From the NCBI GenBank assembly GCA_043745805.1, contig JAYTSD010000031.1, positions 32,001-96,000 on the forward strand: a DNA stretch of 64,000 bases, read 5' to 3'. The position numbers and the translations under genes are program-made. Positions 11,455 to 21,700 of the stretch are shown in pieces; position 1 is the stretch's first letter, and every line of letters begins with the position of its first letter. The notes beneath the pieces are model-generated. The model was not told where the DNA came from. It made no database searches and saw nothing but the letters and a program-made list of their open reading frames with translations. The stretch comes from Fibrobacteria bacterium (GTDB lineage: Bacteria > Fibrobacterota > Fibrobacteria > UBA11236).

Positions 11455-12104
11455 TGAGTAGCGCTACGGCTTTAAAAGAACATGAAGTAGCTCATCATTT
11501 CGATTCTGCTGAGCAGGAGTTTAATTCGACAAAGACGGGCATGTGGCTATTTTTAGCTTCCGAAATAATGATGTTTGGGGCTTTATTTGTAGGCGCCTTA
11601 CTTTTTAGAAATTTGCATACAGAAGCTTTTCATCAAGGCTCACATCATCTGAATTGGCATTTAGGTGCGATTAATACTTTTTTCCTGTTAACCGGTGGGT
11701 TAACTATGGGCTTAGCCGTGCATGCTGGACAAAAAGGTGACCAGGGTAAAGTTCGCCTCAATTTAATTTTAAGTTTGCTTTTGGCGAGTTCTTTTTTGGT
11801 AGTCAAATTCATTGAATACAAAGCCAAGTTTGAACACGGTACTTTGCCAGGACGTCATTTCTTTGCCGAAGGTTTCACGGATCCACAAACCCATGTATTC
11901 TATGGGATTTACTTTGCCATGACAGGCTTGCATGCGTTGCATGTGATTATAGGTATGGGCTTAATGATTTTTTGTTTGATTCGTAGCAGTCAAACTCGTT
12001 TTCATCGTAATTATTATACTCCACTTGAAATGACTGCTTTGTATTGGGCATTAGTCGATTTAGTTTGGGTTTTTCTCTTTCCTCTTCTTTATTTAATCGG
12101 ATAA
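11454..12104 (+). CDS. coxC: Cytochrome c oxidase subunit III
   Basis: GMWLFLASEIMMF, TGLHALHV, YWALVDLVW motifs. Confidence 0.92.
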   Translation: MSSATALKEHEVAHHFDSAEQEFNSTKTGMWLFLASEIMMFGALFVGALLFRNLHTEAFHQGSHHLNWHLGAINTFFLLTGGLTMGLAVHAGQKGDQGKVRLNLILSLLLASSFLVVKFIEYKAKFEHGTLPGRHFFAEGFTDPQTHVFYGIYFAMTGLHALHVIIGMGLMIFCLIRSSQTRFHRNYYTPLEMTALYWALVDLVWVFLFPLLYLIG

Positions 12105-12107
12105 GTC

Positions 12108-12518
12108 ATGGAAAAAATTGGTCACGCAATATCAGCTAAAACTTTAATTATAACCTATTTACTTTTGCTAGGAATGGCAGTAGTAATGATTGGGTTGTCC
12201 CAAGTAGATGTCAAATTAATTCCATGGAATACCTTTTGGGATTATGCTTTAGTTAAAACTTTATGTATTATGGGCATGGGAACTTTAATGGCAGTAGCCA
12301 TTGTATTAGTACTTATGGGACTTGGTTGGGATCACAAATATATCAACCATACTATTTTTGCGGCTAACTTTTTCTTTTTATTAATCTTTATTTTGTTCAC
12401 CTGGGTGGATACGGCATTTCGTGGAGAAGCGGAAGCTTCTTTTGCACATAATATCGATGCGTCTTGGACTTCACCTGTGAAAATTGATTCTGTGGCTCAT
12501 CATGAGCATGCTGAATAA
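12108..12518 (+). CDS. Probable cytochrome c oxidase subunit IV
   Basis: Three hydrophobic helices, MGLGWD motif, position after subunit III. Confidence 0.65.
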   Translation: MEKIGHAISAKTLIITYLLLLGMAVVMIGLSQVDVKLIPWNTFWDYALVKTLCIMGMGTLMAVAIVLVLMGLGWDHKYINHTIFAANFFFLLIFILFTWVDTAFRGEAEASFAHNIDASWTSPVKIDSVAHHEHAE

Positions 12519-12529
12519 TTGCGCCAACT

Positions 12530-13165
12530 TTGAATCAAATTAAGCCACCCGGCTCTGAATTTGCACTCCTTTTTTGGGGCGTTCCTTTTTTGATTTTTAT
12601 CGGCATATCCGGTATGGCCTATATGCAATTTAAACAATTCAAATCTTATCTCGCTCCACAACCAATTGTTACCCATATTACTCCAAAGTCTGTTTTGGCT
12701 GAATCCTTAGCCTCTGCAAAAATTTCACTTTTCTTTTCGGGTGATCTAGGGGATACCTTAAAATTAGAGGGTGAAGATTTAACTCAATTAGCGAGAACCA
12801 GTAAATTGCTTGAGGCACAAAATAGGCAATATGAGTTTACCCTTAAGGATTCTTTAATGGTAGTTCGTAATAGCTTACCGGTTTCTCAAATACCTGGGAT
12901 TTTTATGAAAGCGCTCAGATATTTTCATCCCGAGGGTTTTGTGAATTCGGAATTACAAGCACGTCCTGATTTACAAAAAGAATTGTTTGAATGGGCGCCG
13001 GTTAAAGCAACTATGAATGGCGTGGCCGCAACCTTAACTGTATTCCCCGATCATGGAAGAATTAATGTTCGCAATTGGGTACAAGACACGGCTTTTTATG
13101 ATTCGGCTTTTAAAAGTTTGAAATCTGTACGTATCTTACATGATACGCTTTATTTAGTGCGCTAA
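12530..13165 (+). CDS. Hypothetical single-TM protein
   Basis: 211-aa ORF, N-terminal TM, 11 nt after subunit IV on the same strand. Confidence 0.65.
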   Translation: MNQIKPPGSEFALLFWGVPFLIFIGISGMAYMQFKQFKSYLAPQPIVTHITPKSVLAESLASAKISLFFSGDLGDTLKLEGEDLTQLARTSKLLEAQNRQYEFTLKDSLMVVRNSLPVSQIPGIFMKALRYFHPEGFVNSELQARPDLQKELFEWAPVKATMNGVAATLTVFPDHGRINVRNWVQDTAFYDSAFKSLKSVRILHDTLYLVR

Positions 13166-13222
13166 TTTTTAAACTAAAATTTTACTGGGTTGATTTTGGC
13201 TGATTTATAGTAAGTCAAGCTA

Positions 13223-13834
13223 TTAGGACTTTGCTGGATTTACAATATGATCGCGGTATCTTTTTAAAAGCTCATCAGCAATGTTTTGTTTTTCACCCAA
13301 ATGGGGAAGGGCAAAGGCTAAAGCTTCCAAGGAGGACAATCCCGATTCTTTAGCTTGACCACGCAAGGAAATTTTTTCGGGTTTAATGGTAATGCGATTC
13401 AAACGTAATAGCCAAGCATTACGCCACCAAAGTGCATGGGCTTGCTTCCAAGAGCCATCGATTAAAACTAATCCCTTTAATTTGGAAAAATCCTCGAAGG
13501 GTTTTTTCTTCGGACTTAAAATTTCAACAGGCTTAGTTTGCGGAGCATTCGCTGCCAAATAAAATACACCCCATTCGGAGGGCATAGCTTCGACATCACC
13601 CGATACTTTTTTTAAACCTGGCCAAGACAAGCCAATTTTTACTTTACAGTTTTTTAAACTCAAGCGAATTAATTGTGCCGAGTTCATTTGCTTTAAAGTC
13701 TCTTGTGGATGCTGAAGAATTAATACCGGAAGATGATTAGGTAAGGCTGCAAAGAGCTCGCACCAACATTCCGTTTGTGGACGGAAACAGTTGGGGCAAG
13801 CTTGTGCTTTGGGTGTTTTAGCGTGAGGATCCAA
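13223..13834 (-). CDS. DTW-domain tRNA-uridine aminocarboxypropyltransferase (TapT-like)
   Basis: CPNC..CWC N-terminus, LILQHPQE, LIDGSWKQA (DxTW-like), LSSLEA. Confidence 0.82.
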   Translation of the reverse strand: MDPHAKTPKAQACPNCFRPQTECWCELFAALPNHLPVLILQHPQETLKQMNSAQLIRLSLKNCKVKIGLSWPGLKKVSGDVEAMPSEWGVFYLAANAPQTKPVEILSPKKKPFEDFSKLKGLVLIDGSWKQAHALWWRNAWLLRLNRITIKPEKISLRGQAKESGLSSLEALAFALPHLGEKQNIADELLKRYRDHIVNPAKS

Positions 13835-13853
13835 GGATTGAAGGACTAGAAAA

Positions 13854-14858
13854 CTAGTCCACTACCCATGTGCTACCAGAATTAAAAAGCTTCTCTAAAC
13901 TAGGAGGGCTTTTTTGTTGAGCGGCTTCAAGTTGGGTTTTTACGCCATCATAATAAACCGGTCTTTCCACGTTGCGGAATACACCCACAGGAACGGGGAA
14001 GTCTGGATAATTTAAACGTGACAAATAGAATGCTAAAGAGCCACTTGGATCTTTTTCATCATGCACAATAACTTCGCTATCGGTAGCATTGGCTTTTACT
14101 TGCATTTGCATTTTGTCGAGCACTAAACCTTTTTCTTGTTCTTTACCAAAACGCAAAGCTTCGCCATGTTTTAGATAAAGTAAAGTATCGGAACGCGTAG
14201 CACGACCATAATAGTTTTCATGCACTTTATCCGCAAAGATTACGCAATTTTGCATCACTTCAACTAAAGCAGTTCCGCGATAAGCGGCAGCGGCTTGAAA
14301 TACTTCGGTCATGTGTTTAACATCATTATCCGAAGTGCGTGCCACAAAGCCTGCTTCGGCTCCAAGTGCCAAGCTGATAGGGGACAGTGGTGCATCTACC
14401 GATCCAAATGGTGTGGAAGGACTTACGGTTCCCACTGCCGAAGTAGGAGAATATTGACCCTTAGTTAATCCATAAATACGATTATTAAAAAGAATAATTT
14501 TCATATCCTGATTACGGCGTATAGCATGAATGAAATGATTGCCGCCAATACTTAAAGCATCGCCATCACCGGTGATCACCCACATTTGTAAATCGGGATT
14601 GGAAATTTTTGCTCCGCTGGCAATAGCAGGGGCGCGGCCATGGATGGTATGAAATCCATAAGTGTTCATGTAATAAGGGAAACGGCTAGAACAGCCGATG
14701 CCGGAAATAAACACGAAGTTTTCTTTAGGAAGGCCTAAGCTAGGGAGTATCCCTTGAATGGTAGAAAGAATGGAATAGTCACCACAGCCTGGGCACCATT
14801 TAATAGCCTGTGTTGAGGCAAAGTCTTTGCGAGTAAGTGGTTCGGTCGCAGTAGTCAT
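13854..14858 (-). CDS. korB: 2-oxoacid:ferredoxin oxidoreductase beta subunit
   Basis: WCPGCGD, SGIGCSSR, TPP motif GDGD...NN, YGLTKGQYSPT. Confidence 0.92.
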   Translation of the reverse strand: MTTATEPLTRKDFASTQAIKWCPGCGDYSILSTIQGILPSLGLPKENFVFISGIGCSSRFPYYMNTYGFHTIHGRAPAIASGAKISNPDLQMWVITGDGDALSIGGNHFIHAIRRNQDMKIILFNNRIYGLTKGQYSPTSAVGTVSPSTPFGSVDAPLSPISLALGAEAGFVARTSDNDVKHMTEVFQAAAAYRGTALVEVMQNCVIFADKVHENYYGRATRSDTLLYLKHGEALRFGKEQEKGLVLDKMQMQVKANATDSEVIVHDEKDPSGSLAFYLSRLNYPDFPVPVGVFRNVERPVYYDGVKTQLEAAQQKSPPSLEKLFNSGSTWVVD

Positions 14859-16744
14859 TATTTTTTCTCCGTAATGCGATGAAATTCTGAAACGAGATGG
14901 GAAATTTTGAAAGGCTTACCACGTACTTGATTTATACCTTCAATTGGCAAACCAAAAGTACCTGAGAGTAAAAAGCGTAATTGCCCCATATTTAGTTCGG
15001 GAACAATAACCTTATCAAAACTACGAATAACACTTTCCAAGTTTTTAGGAAATGGATTGAGATAATTCAAATGAACATGGGCAATGTCTAAGCCAGTCTT
15101 AAGACTTTCGTCAATGGCTGTGCTCACAGCACCATACGTGCCACCCCAAGAAATTACCACGGTTTTTGCTTTTGCATTTCCAACTACTTCCACATCGGGA
15201 ATGTCATTGGCAATATTGGCAATTTTTGCATGCCGTTCTAAAGTCATTTTTTGATGATTTTCGGGATCATAAGATACCGCGCCGGTTACGCTAGCTTTTT
15301 CTAAACCACCGATGCGATGTTCTAATCCTGGAGTTCCGGGTAAAGCCCATTTACGAGCTAAGGTTTTTGGATCTCTTTGATAAGCCAAATATTCTTCACC
15401 TGCTTTAGCTAAGGGCACTTCGAATTTTGGTAAATCTTTTATTTCCGGAACTAACCACGGTTCAGAGCCATTAGCAATGTATCCATCGGTAAGCAAAATT
15501 ACCGGAGTCATATATTTCATGGCAATGCGACAAGCTTCCATAGCCATATTGAAACAATCGCTGGGAGAGCGAGCGGCAATTACAGGCATTGGACAATCGC
15601 CATTGCGACCAAACAATACCATTAATAAATCGGCTTGTTCGGTTTTAGTTGGCAAACCTGTAGACGGACCACCGCGTTGCACATCAATGATAACCAGAGG
15701 TAACTCGGTCATTACCCCAAGTCCCATAGCTTCAAGTTTTAAGCAAACACCAGGACCCGAAGTAGCCGTAACCCCTAAGGAACCTGCATAGCTTGCGCCT
15801 AAGGCTGAGCCAATAGCGGCAATTTCATCTTCAGCTTGAAAAGTGATGACGCCGAAATTTTTGTATTTCGAAAGGCCATGTAAAATATCGGAAGCTGGCG
15901 TGATAGGATACGAGCCGTAGAAAATTTTACGATCCGAAAGCTGCGAAGCAGAAAGCAAACCAAATACTACCGCCTCATTGCCCGAAATTTTTCGATATTT
16001 ACCCCTAGGTAAATTGGCTTTGCGTACACGATAATGGGAAGTGAATAATTCTAAAGTGTCGGCAAAATTATAACCGGCAACGACTGCTTTTTTATTACCT
16101 GCAGCAATTTCAGGTTTATTCTTGTACTTGGTATTCGGACCATATTTTTCGTCCAACCAATTTAAAGTATGTTGTACCGGTCTGTCGTATAACCAATACA
16201 TCATGCCTAAGGTGAAAAAGTTTTTGCAAAGCTCGGCGCCTTTACCTTTGAGGCCTGCATCGGCTACAGCATTTACAGTTAATTGGGTAATGTTAGCACG
16301 TATGACACGGTAACCGTCAAGTGACCCATCTTCTAACGGGTTAGATTTAAGCTCGGCTTTTTCAATGTCTTTTTCTGTAAAGCCGGCTTCATCGACCACA
16401 AGTATGCCGCCATCTTCCAAGTCCGCTAAATTGGCTTTTAAAGCGGCCGCATTCATGGCTACAAGTACATTCAAATCATCGCCTGGAGTTTTGATGTCTT
16501 GAGAAGAAAAGTGAATTTGATAAGCACTTACACCGGCTACCGTACCGGCAGGAGCACGAATTTCGGCAGGAAAATCGGGAAGGGTGGCTAAATCATTTCC
16601 AAAAATAGCGGAAGCATCCGTAAATTGTGTGCCTGTGATTTGCATCCCATCACCGGAATCGCCGGCAAAACGGATGGTAACAAAATCCACATCTTGGATG
16701 GCTTTGTCGCTCGGATTGAGCGGGATATCGACTTCAGATGACAT
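14858..16744 (-). CDS. korA: 2-oxoacid:ferredoxin oxidoreductase alpha subunit
   Basis: FAGDSGDGMQ, YPITP, QAEDEIAA, QRGGPSTGLPTK motifs. Confidence 0.92.
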   Translation of the reverse strand: MSSEVDIPLNPSDKAIQDVDFVTIRFAGDSGDGMQITGTQFTDASAIFGNDLATLPDFPAEIRAPAGTVAGVSAYQIHFSSQDIKTPGDDLNVLVAMNAAALKANLADLEDGGILVVDEAGFTEKDIEKAELKSNPLEDGSLDGYRVIRANITQLTVNAVADAGLKGKGAELCKNFFTLGMMYWLYDRPVQHTLNWLDEKYGPNTKYKNKPEIAAGNKKAVVAGYNFADTLELFTSHYRVRKANLPRGKYRKISGNEAVVFGLLSASQLSDRKIFYGSYPITPASDILHGLSKYKNFGVITFQAEDEIAAIGSALGASYAGSLGVTATSGPGVCLKLEAMGLGVMTELPLVIIDVQRGGPSTGLPTKTEQADLLMVLFGRNGDCPMPVIAARSPSDCFNMAMEACRIAMKYMTPVILLTDGYIANGSEPWLVPEIKDLPKFEVPLAKAGEEYLAYQRDPKTLARKWALPGTPGLEHRIGGLEKASVTGAVSYDPENHQKMTLERHAKIANIANDIPDVEVVGNAKAKTVVISWGGTYGAVSTAIDESLKTGLDIAHVHLNYLNPFPKNLESVIRSFDKVIVPELNMGQLRFLLSGTFGLPIEGINQVRGKPFKISHLVSEFHRITEKK

Positions 16745-16829
16745 GGGGCTTATTTACTCCTATTGACTTTTTGAATTTTTAATTTCGCGGTTAAAGATAG
16801 CAAGAATTATAGTCCAATGCTGTTTGTGT

Positions 16830-17843
16830 TCACTCAAAACGTTGTAAATCTTTGGTTAAGCTTTCGGGAAGCCAAGGCTTTATAGCTTGATTTTGCGGAG
16901 TCGACCAAATGTGCAAATAATTTTGTTTTGCAGCATTATCGTGCAAGACCTCATTGATACGGATAAGATTACCAACTGCACATAAATACCCAAGTGGAAG
17001 ATAATGTTCAGAAACCTTTTCCAAATTTAATTGCGCATATTTTTCGCGTGAGTTTTCATAACTTGCACGAGCATTTATAAAATCGCCTTTGCGATAAAAA
17101 AAGTCACCCTGAATTTGTTTATACATTCGGTTTTCGGGATAGCGTAATAAAAATCCTTGAATAAGAGACAATCCCTTATCATAGGTTTTGGCATCATAAT
17201 ACAACCAAATCAAGGAGGTTTGCAATATTGTGGAGAGATATCGCGATTTGATGGCCGTATTTTCCAATAATTTTTTGGGTTTTTCGGTATCGCTATGCGT
17301 GAAGGGCAACCAATCCAACTTTTTCATTAAAACCGCAAAATAATAATCGTAAAGTGCTAAGGCTGATTGCGCTTCCACATAATTACTTAAAGGTCTTAAC
17401 TGAGTAGCCGCCTTTCTTCCTAAGAAAGCGGCAGCCACGGTACGATGTTGTACTTGTGCCACATAGCTTAATTGTAAGGAGGCCAATCCTCGATAAAGAG
17501 TGATAAGTTCTTCGTTTCCGGTTTGAGCCAGCACCCATTCCCATTCCTTTTGGCTTTCTTTTAGGGCTATGGAATCTCCCCAATCATTAAAGCGAGTAAA
17601 CAAAACAATGCCACGAAAATAATGGCGAGAAGGTTTGTTTGGGCTTATGGTTTTAAGTAGGGAATCGGCTTTTACATAGGCTCCGCGGCCTATGCAGTCC
17701 ATGACATGAAACAATAAACTATCGTCTTGTTCTTCCTTTAAGGTTTTAAATTCAATAATGTCGGTGATATCGGGTCGATTGGACGTAGCGGAAATTAAGT
17801 TTGGGAAACCTAGAACTGCGAGGAGGAATAGAAATTTTCCCAA
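16830..17843 (-). CDS. Hypothetical exported helical (TPR-like) protein
   Basis: Long ORF; a TTG start at 17843 gives a signal peptide (MGKFLFLLAVLGFPNLISA) and avoids overlap with the divergent aroD. Confidence 0.6.
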   Translation of the reverse strand: MGKFLFLLAVLGFPNLISATSNRPDITDIIEFKTLKEEQDDSLLFHVMDCIGRGAYVKADSLLKTISPNKPSRHYFRGIVLFTRFNDWGDSIALKESQKEWEWVLAQTGNEELITLYRGLASLQLSYVAQVQHRTVAAAFLGRKAATQLRPLSNYVEAQSALALYDYYFAVLMKKLDWLPFTHSDTEKPKKLLENTAIKSRYLSTILQTSLIWLYYDAKTYDKGLSLIQGFLLRYPENRMYKQIQGDFFYRKGDFINARASYENSREKYAQLNLEKVSEHYLPLGYLCAVGNLIRINEVLHDNAAKQNYLHIWSTPQNQAIKPWLPESLTKDLQRFE

Positions 17844-17919
17844 GTGTTTATAGGAATTTTGGGAGAATAGTGAAGTTAAAAAGGGGAGGCGGCTTACTTT
17901 TATTAATTTAACATGCATT

Positions 17920-18756
17920 GTGGCTGAAAATACAAAAAACATTGTCATTCCTAAAATTATCGGAATAATTCATAGCAAAAATTGGGAAACCAATTTTTGG
18001 GATACTGAGGCATGCAATGATTTGGCGCATTGCCAAATGTTGGAGTTTCGCGCGGATGGATTTGATCCCGCAACGGTGGTCGATCATTATTTGCAAATCC
18101 GACATGCCTTTGAAAAAAAAATGTTGAAGTCTATTGCGTGGATTTTCACCATTCGTTTAGAGCGCGATGGTGGTTTATGGAAAGATGCGGAAGCGAATGC
18201 TAGGTTATTTGTTTGGGAGGCATTAATTCGCAAACAAGCTGTGGAGTGGTTAGATATTGAAGTGGAAGAAGTGCAAAAAAATAGTGCACTTATAGATTCT
18301 CTGCGACAAATTGGAGCTATCAAATTTTTGATTTCACAACATTGCTTCGATCGGGGTTTTTCGCCAGCCGAATATCAGCAAGTTTTGCAGGCTATGTTAC
18401 AAACAAAGCCCGAAGGGATTAAGTTCGCTGTGCATTGTCAAAATGAAGCGCAGCGAATACAGCTTTATCATTTTGCGCAAACTTTTTTAAAAGGCTATCC
18501 AAAAATATTAAGCGAAAACTCTTCGATTTTTTCAATGGGAGCTTTAGGACAGGCTTCACGTTTTTTGATGCCACTTATGGGCATTGCTTTAACATATGGA
18601 TTCTTTGGTAACCGGCAAGTTGCTCCCGGTCAATTATCGGTGAGAAATTTGCATAAGCTATTGCTATTCACTCCAACAAATATCGACTATAGTTTATCCA
18701 TTACACAATGGGAAATTGAAGCTCAAAAAATTTGGAAAGGTTCTCTTGAAAGCTAA
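17920..18756 (+). CDS. aroD: Type I 3-dehydroquinate dehydratase
   Basis: LEFRAD, FTIRLERDGG, WLDIE, ISQH, IKFAV (Schiff-base Lys), FSMG, APGQL. Confidence 0.8.
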   Translation: MAENTKNIVIPKIIGIIHSKNWETNFWDTEACNDLAHCQMLEFRADGFDPATVVDHYLQIRHAFEKKMLKSIAWIFTIRLERDGGLWKDAEANARLFVWEALIRKQAVEWLDIEVEEVQKNSALIDSLRQIGAIKFLISQHCFDRGFSPAEYQQVLQAMLQTKPEGIKFAVHCQNEAQRIQLYHFAQTFLKGYPKILSENSSIFSMGALGQASRFLMPLMGIALTYGFFGNRQVAPGQLSVRNLHKLLLFTPTNIDYSLSITQWEIEAQKIWKGSLES

Positions 18757-21700
18757 ACAGATTTTTTATTTGGTGCTTTTTTTATGTGGAAATTATTCTT
18801 CGCTTTGGGCCTTTGGACAAAACAAAGTACAATACCACCAATTTTTATGGTCATTTTATCGCACCGAACATTTTGATATTTATTTTCCGCAAGGTGCAGA
18901 TAGGCTCGCCACTTTTGCCGGCAAAAATGTGGAAGATATGTATCGCAGCGTGTCTAAAACGGTGGGACATCAATTAGCGACGCGCGTTCCCATTATCCTG
19001 CATAATTCCCACGCGGAATTTGAACAAACTAATGTGATTCGTTTACCCTTGCATGAAGGCATTGGTGGTTTCACTGAGATTTTCAAAAATCGCATTGTGT
19101 TACCCTTTGAAGGCAGCTATACCGAATTTCATCATGTGCTGCAACATGAAATGACGCATGCTGTGGTCTTTGATATGCTTTTTGGTGAAGCGGCTGGAGC
19201 GAGCGTAGGCCGTCAAGTGGCGTACCAATTTCCTTTATGGGTGAGTGAAGGCTTGGCCGAATATGCTTCTTTAGGTTGGGACTTGTCGTCCGAGTTTTTT
19301 ATGCTCGATGCTACAACCTTTGGATATGTGGCTCCACCTACGGTTGACTTTGGAGGCTTTTTGGCTTACAAGGGCGGACAATTATTTTTTCATTTCGTGG
19401 AAAGTACTTATGGTAAAGGGACCGTAACCAAGCTGATACAAGCTTTACGTGAAATGCGTGATTTGCCTGATGCCTTTAAAAAGGTTACCAATACGTCTTT
19501 AGAAGAAGCGGGTGAATTATGGCTTCGGGAATTGCGTTATATTTATTGGCCTGAATTAGGTCAACGTAAATACGGAAAAAGTGTAGCGCGTCAACTTACC
19601 GATCATGGTCGCGATTTGTCCTTCTTTAATTTGCAACCTTCGATTTCACCCAATGGAAAAGAGATTGCTTTTTTTAGTGATCGTGAAAGTTGGGAAGGCA
19701 TTTTCATTTTAAATATTAAAACGGAAAAGATAACCCGTTCGGTTATTCAAGGCGGAAAAGGAGGGAAACATGAAAGTTTCCATGCTTTTAAATCGGGAAT
19801 AGCTTGGAGTCCTGATAGCAAGCGCTTAGCCATTGTAAGTAAAAGTGGTGGCTTAGATGTGATACATTTAATTGATGTGAAAACGGGAAAGGTGCGCAAA
19901 GAGATTCGCCCTAATGTGCAAGCTATTCTTTCGCCTTCTTGGTCACGTGATGGAGGTTACATAGCTTTCAGTGGGATGAATGAAAATTTAACGGATATTT
20001 ATGTTTGGGATATAGCACATGAAAATTTAAAAAGATTGACTCATGATTTGGCGCATGATGATAAACCCGTATTTTCCCCTTCTGGCAATTGGATAGCTTT
20101 TGAAACCGATAGACCAGATGCTTTAATGAAAAGCTATACCGCTGATCCGCTGGATGATTATTCACATCTATTACCCGCTTCAGATATTTATAAAATCAAT
20201 ATTGCAGGGGATACTTTAATTAAAGTGAGTGGTGGAACCTATGACGAAAAAATGCCTTCTTATGGAGCAAATGATTCTTCTTTAGTTTTTATTTCTAATC
20301 GTTCGGGTATTGATAATATTTATTTACATCGTGATAGCGCTTCTATTGGCATAGATAAACCGATTTCCAATTTACTTTCAGGTTGCTTTACTCCTTCTTG
20401 GTCTTGGGATGGAAAGCTTTTGGCCTTCTCTTTATTTGAGCAAGGCGGTTGGGATATTTTCTTAATGAAAAATCCTTTAGAAAAAGTATTGCCGCAGGAG
20501 TTACCTAAAACACTTTTTATTAAAACCCAAGAGGACAGTACTTTACGTTTTTTTCGTTTGGTAAACTGGGCTAATTTATCAAGTATGAATGTGGATAGTT
20601 TAAAAGCTGATTCTTTGTATCAAGATTCTATGAAAGTAGTGGATGCAAAAATTAAAGCCGATAGTTTAACACGAAGTAAAATTGCATCCAAAGATTCTTT
20701 GGCAAAAGTAACTAAGGACTCGGCGAATATTAATACGGACTCTTCCTCGAAAGCCGCAAACCACGAAAAAGAAAAAATGGCAAGCAAAGAAAATAAAACT
20801 GAGAACGCGAAAAAAAAATCGGTTTTTGCATTGGATAGTAATGAATATATCGCAGCAGATGGGCGTTTCATAAAACGAAAATACTCCCCTTCTTTTAGTT
20901 TAGATATGGTCAATGCTGGAGTAGCCTATGATAATATTTATGGAGCCGGTGGCTTAGGGTATATCACTTTGAGCGATTTAATGGGGGATCAAGAATTAGC
21001 CTTTGCTTTAAACTTGAATGGGAGCTTTGACAATATGTCCCTGGCTATGGCTTATAATTATTTAGCCTTGAAGCCCGATTTTTCCATTTCCGGAACTTAT
21101 GAGGCTTATTTAAGCAATAATAGTATTCTCTATCCCGCGGATAGTATTTTTATAGATAGACAATTTCGCATTGCCGGCGGTATGAGTTACCCTTGGTCGG
21201 TTTTTGATCGCTGGGAATTGAATGTGCATTCCTTTTTTAATACCCGTACTTTAAGTGAAACGGTAGATTCGGGATCGGTTGATAATTATCAACCTCTAGA
21301 AGTAAATGGTGTGATGCCGGAACTAGATATTGTGCATGACAATACCTTATGGGGCATTGTAGGGCCGGTAAATGGGGAGCGTGTGCAAGCTGGTATAATC
21401 ATGTTACCTCCGTTGACTCAGAATAAGTACTCCTATATCGAAGCTACGGTGGATGGCCGTAAGTATTGGGAATTTGGCAAAAAATACACACTTGCTGCTA
21501 AGGTAACCGCGGGGTTATCCGAGCCTTTAGGCGACTATGAAAACCCACATTTCTTTCCGGTGGGAGGCGATGAATTTAATCTTTTTAATCCACGACCTAA
21601 TGTGCAAGTTTTGGATATTCCTCATCAACAATTTTATTATGCCGATTATCCTATTGCTTTGCGCGGTTTTGAATATTATGATTTTATTGGAACGCGCATG

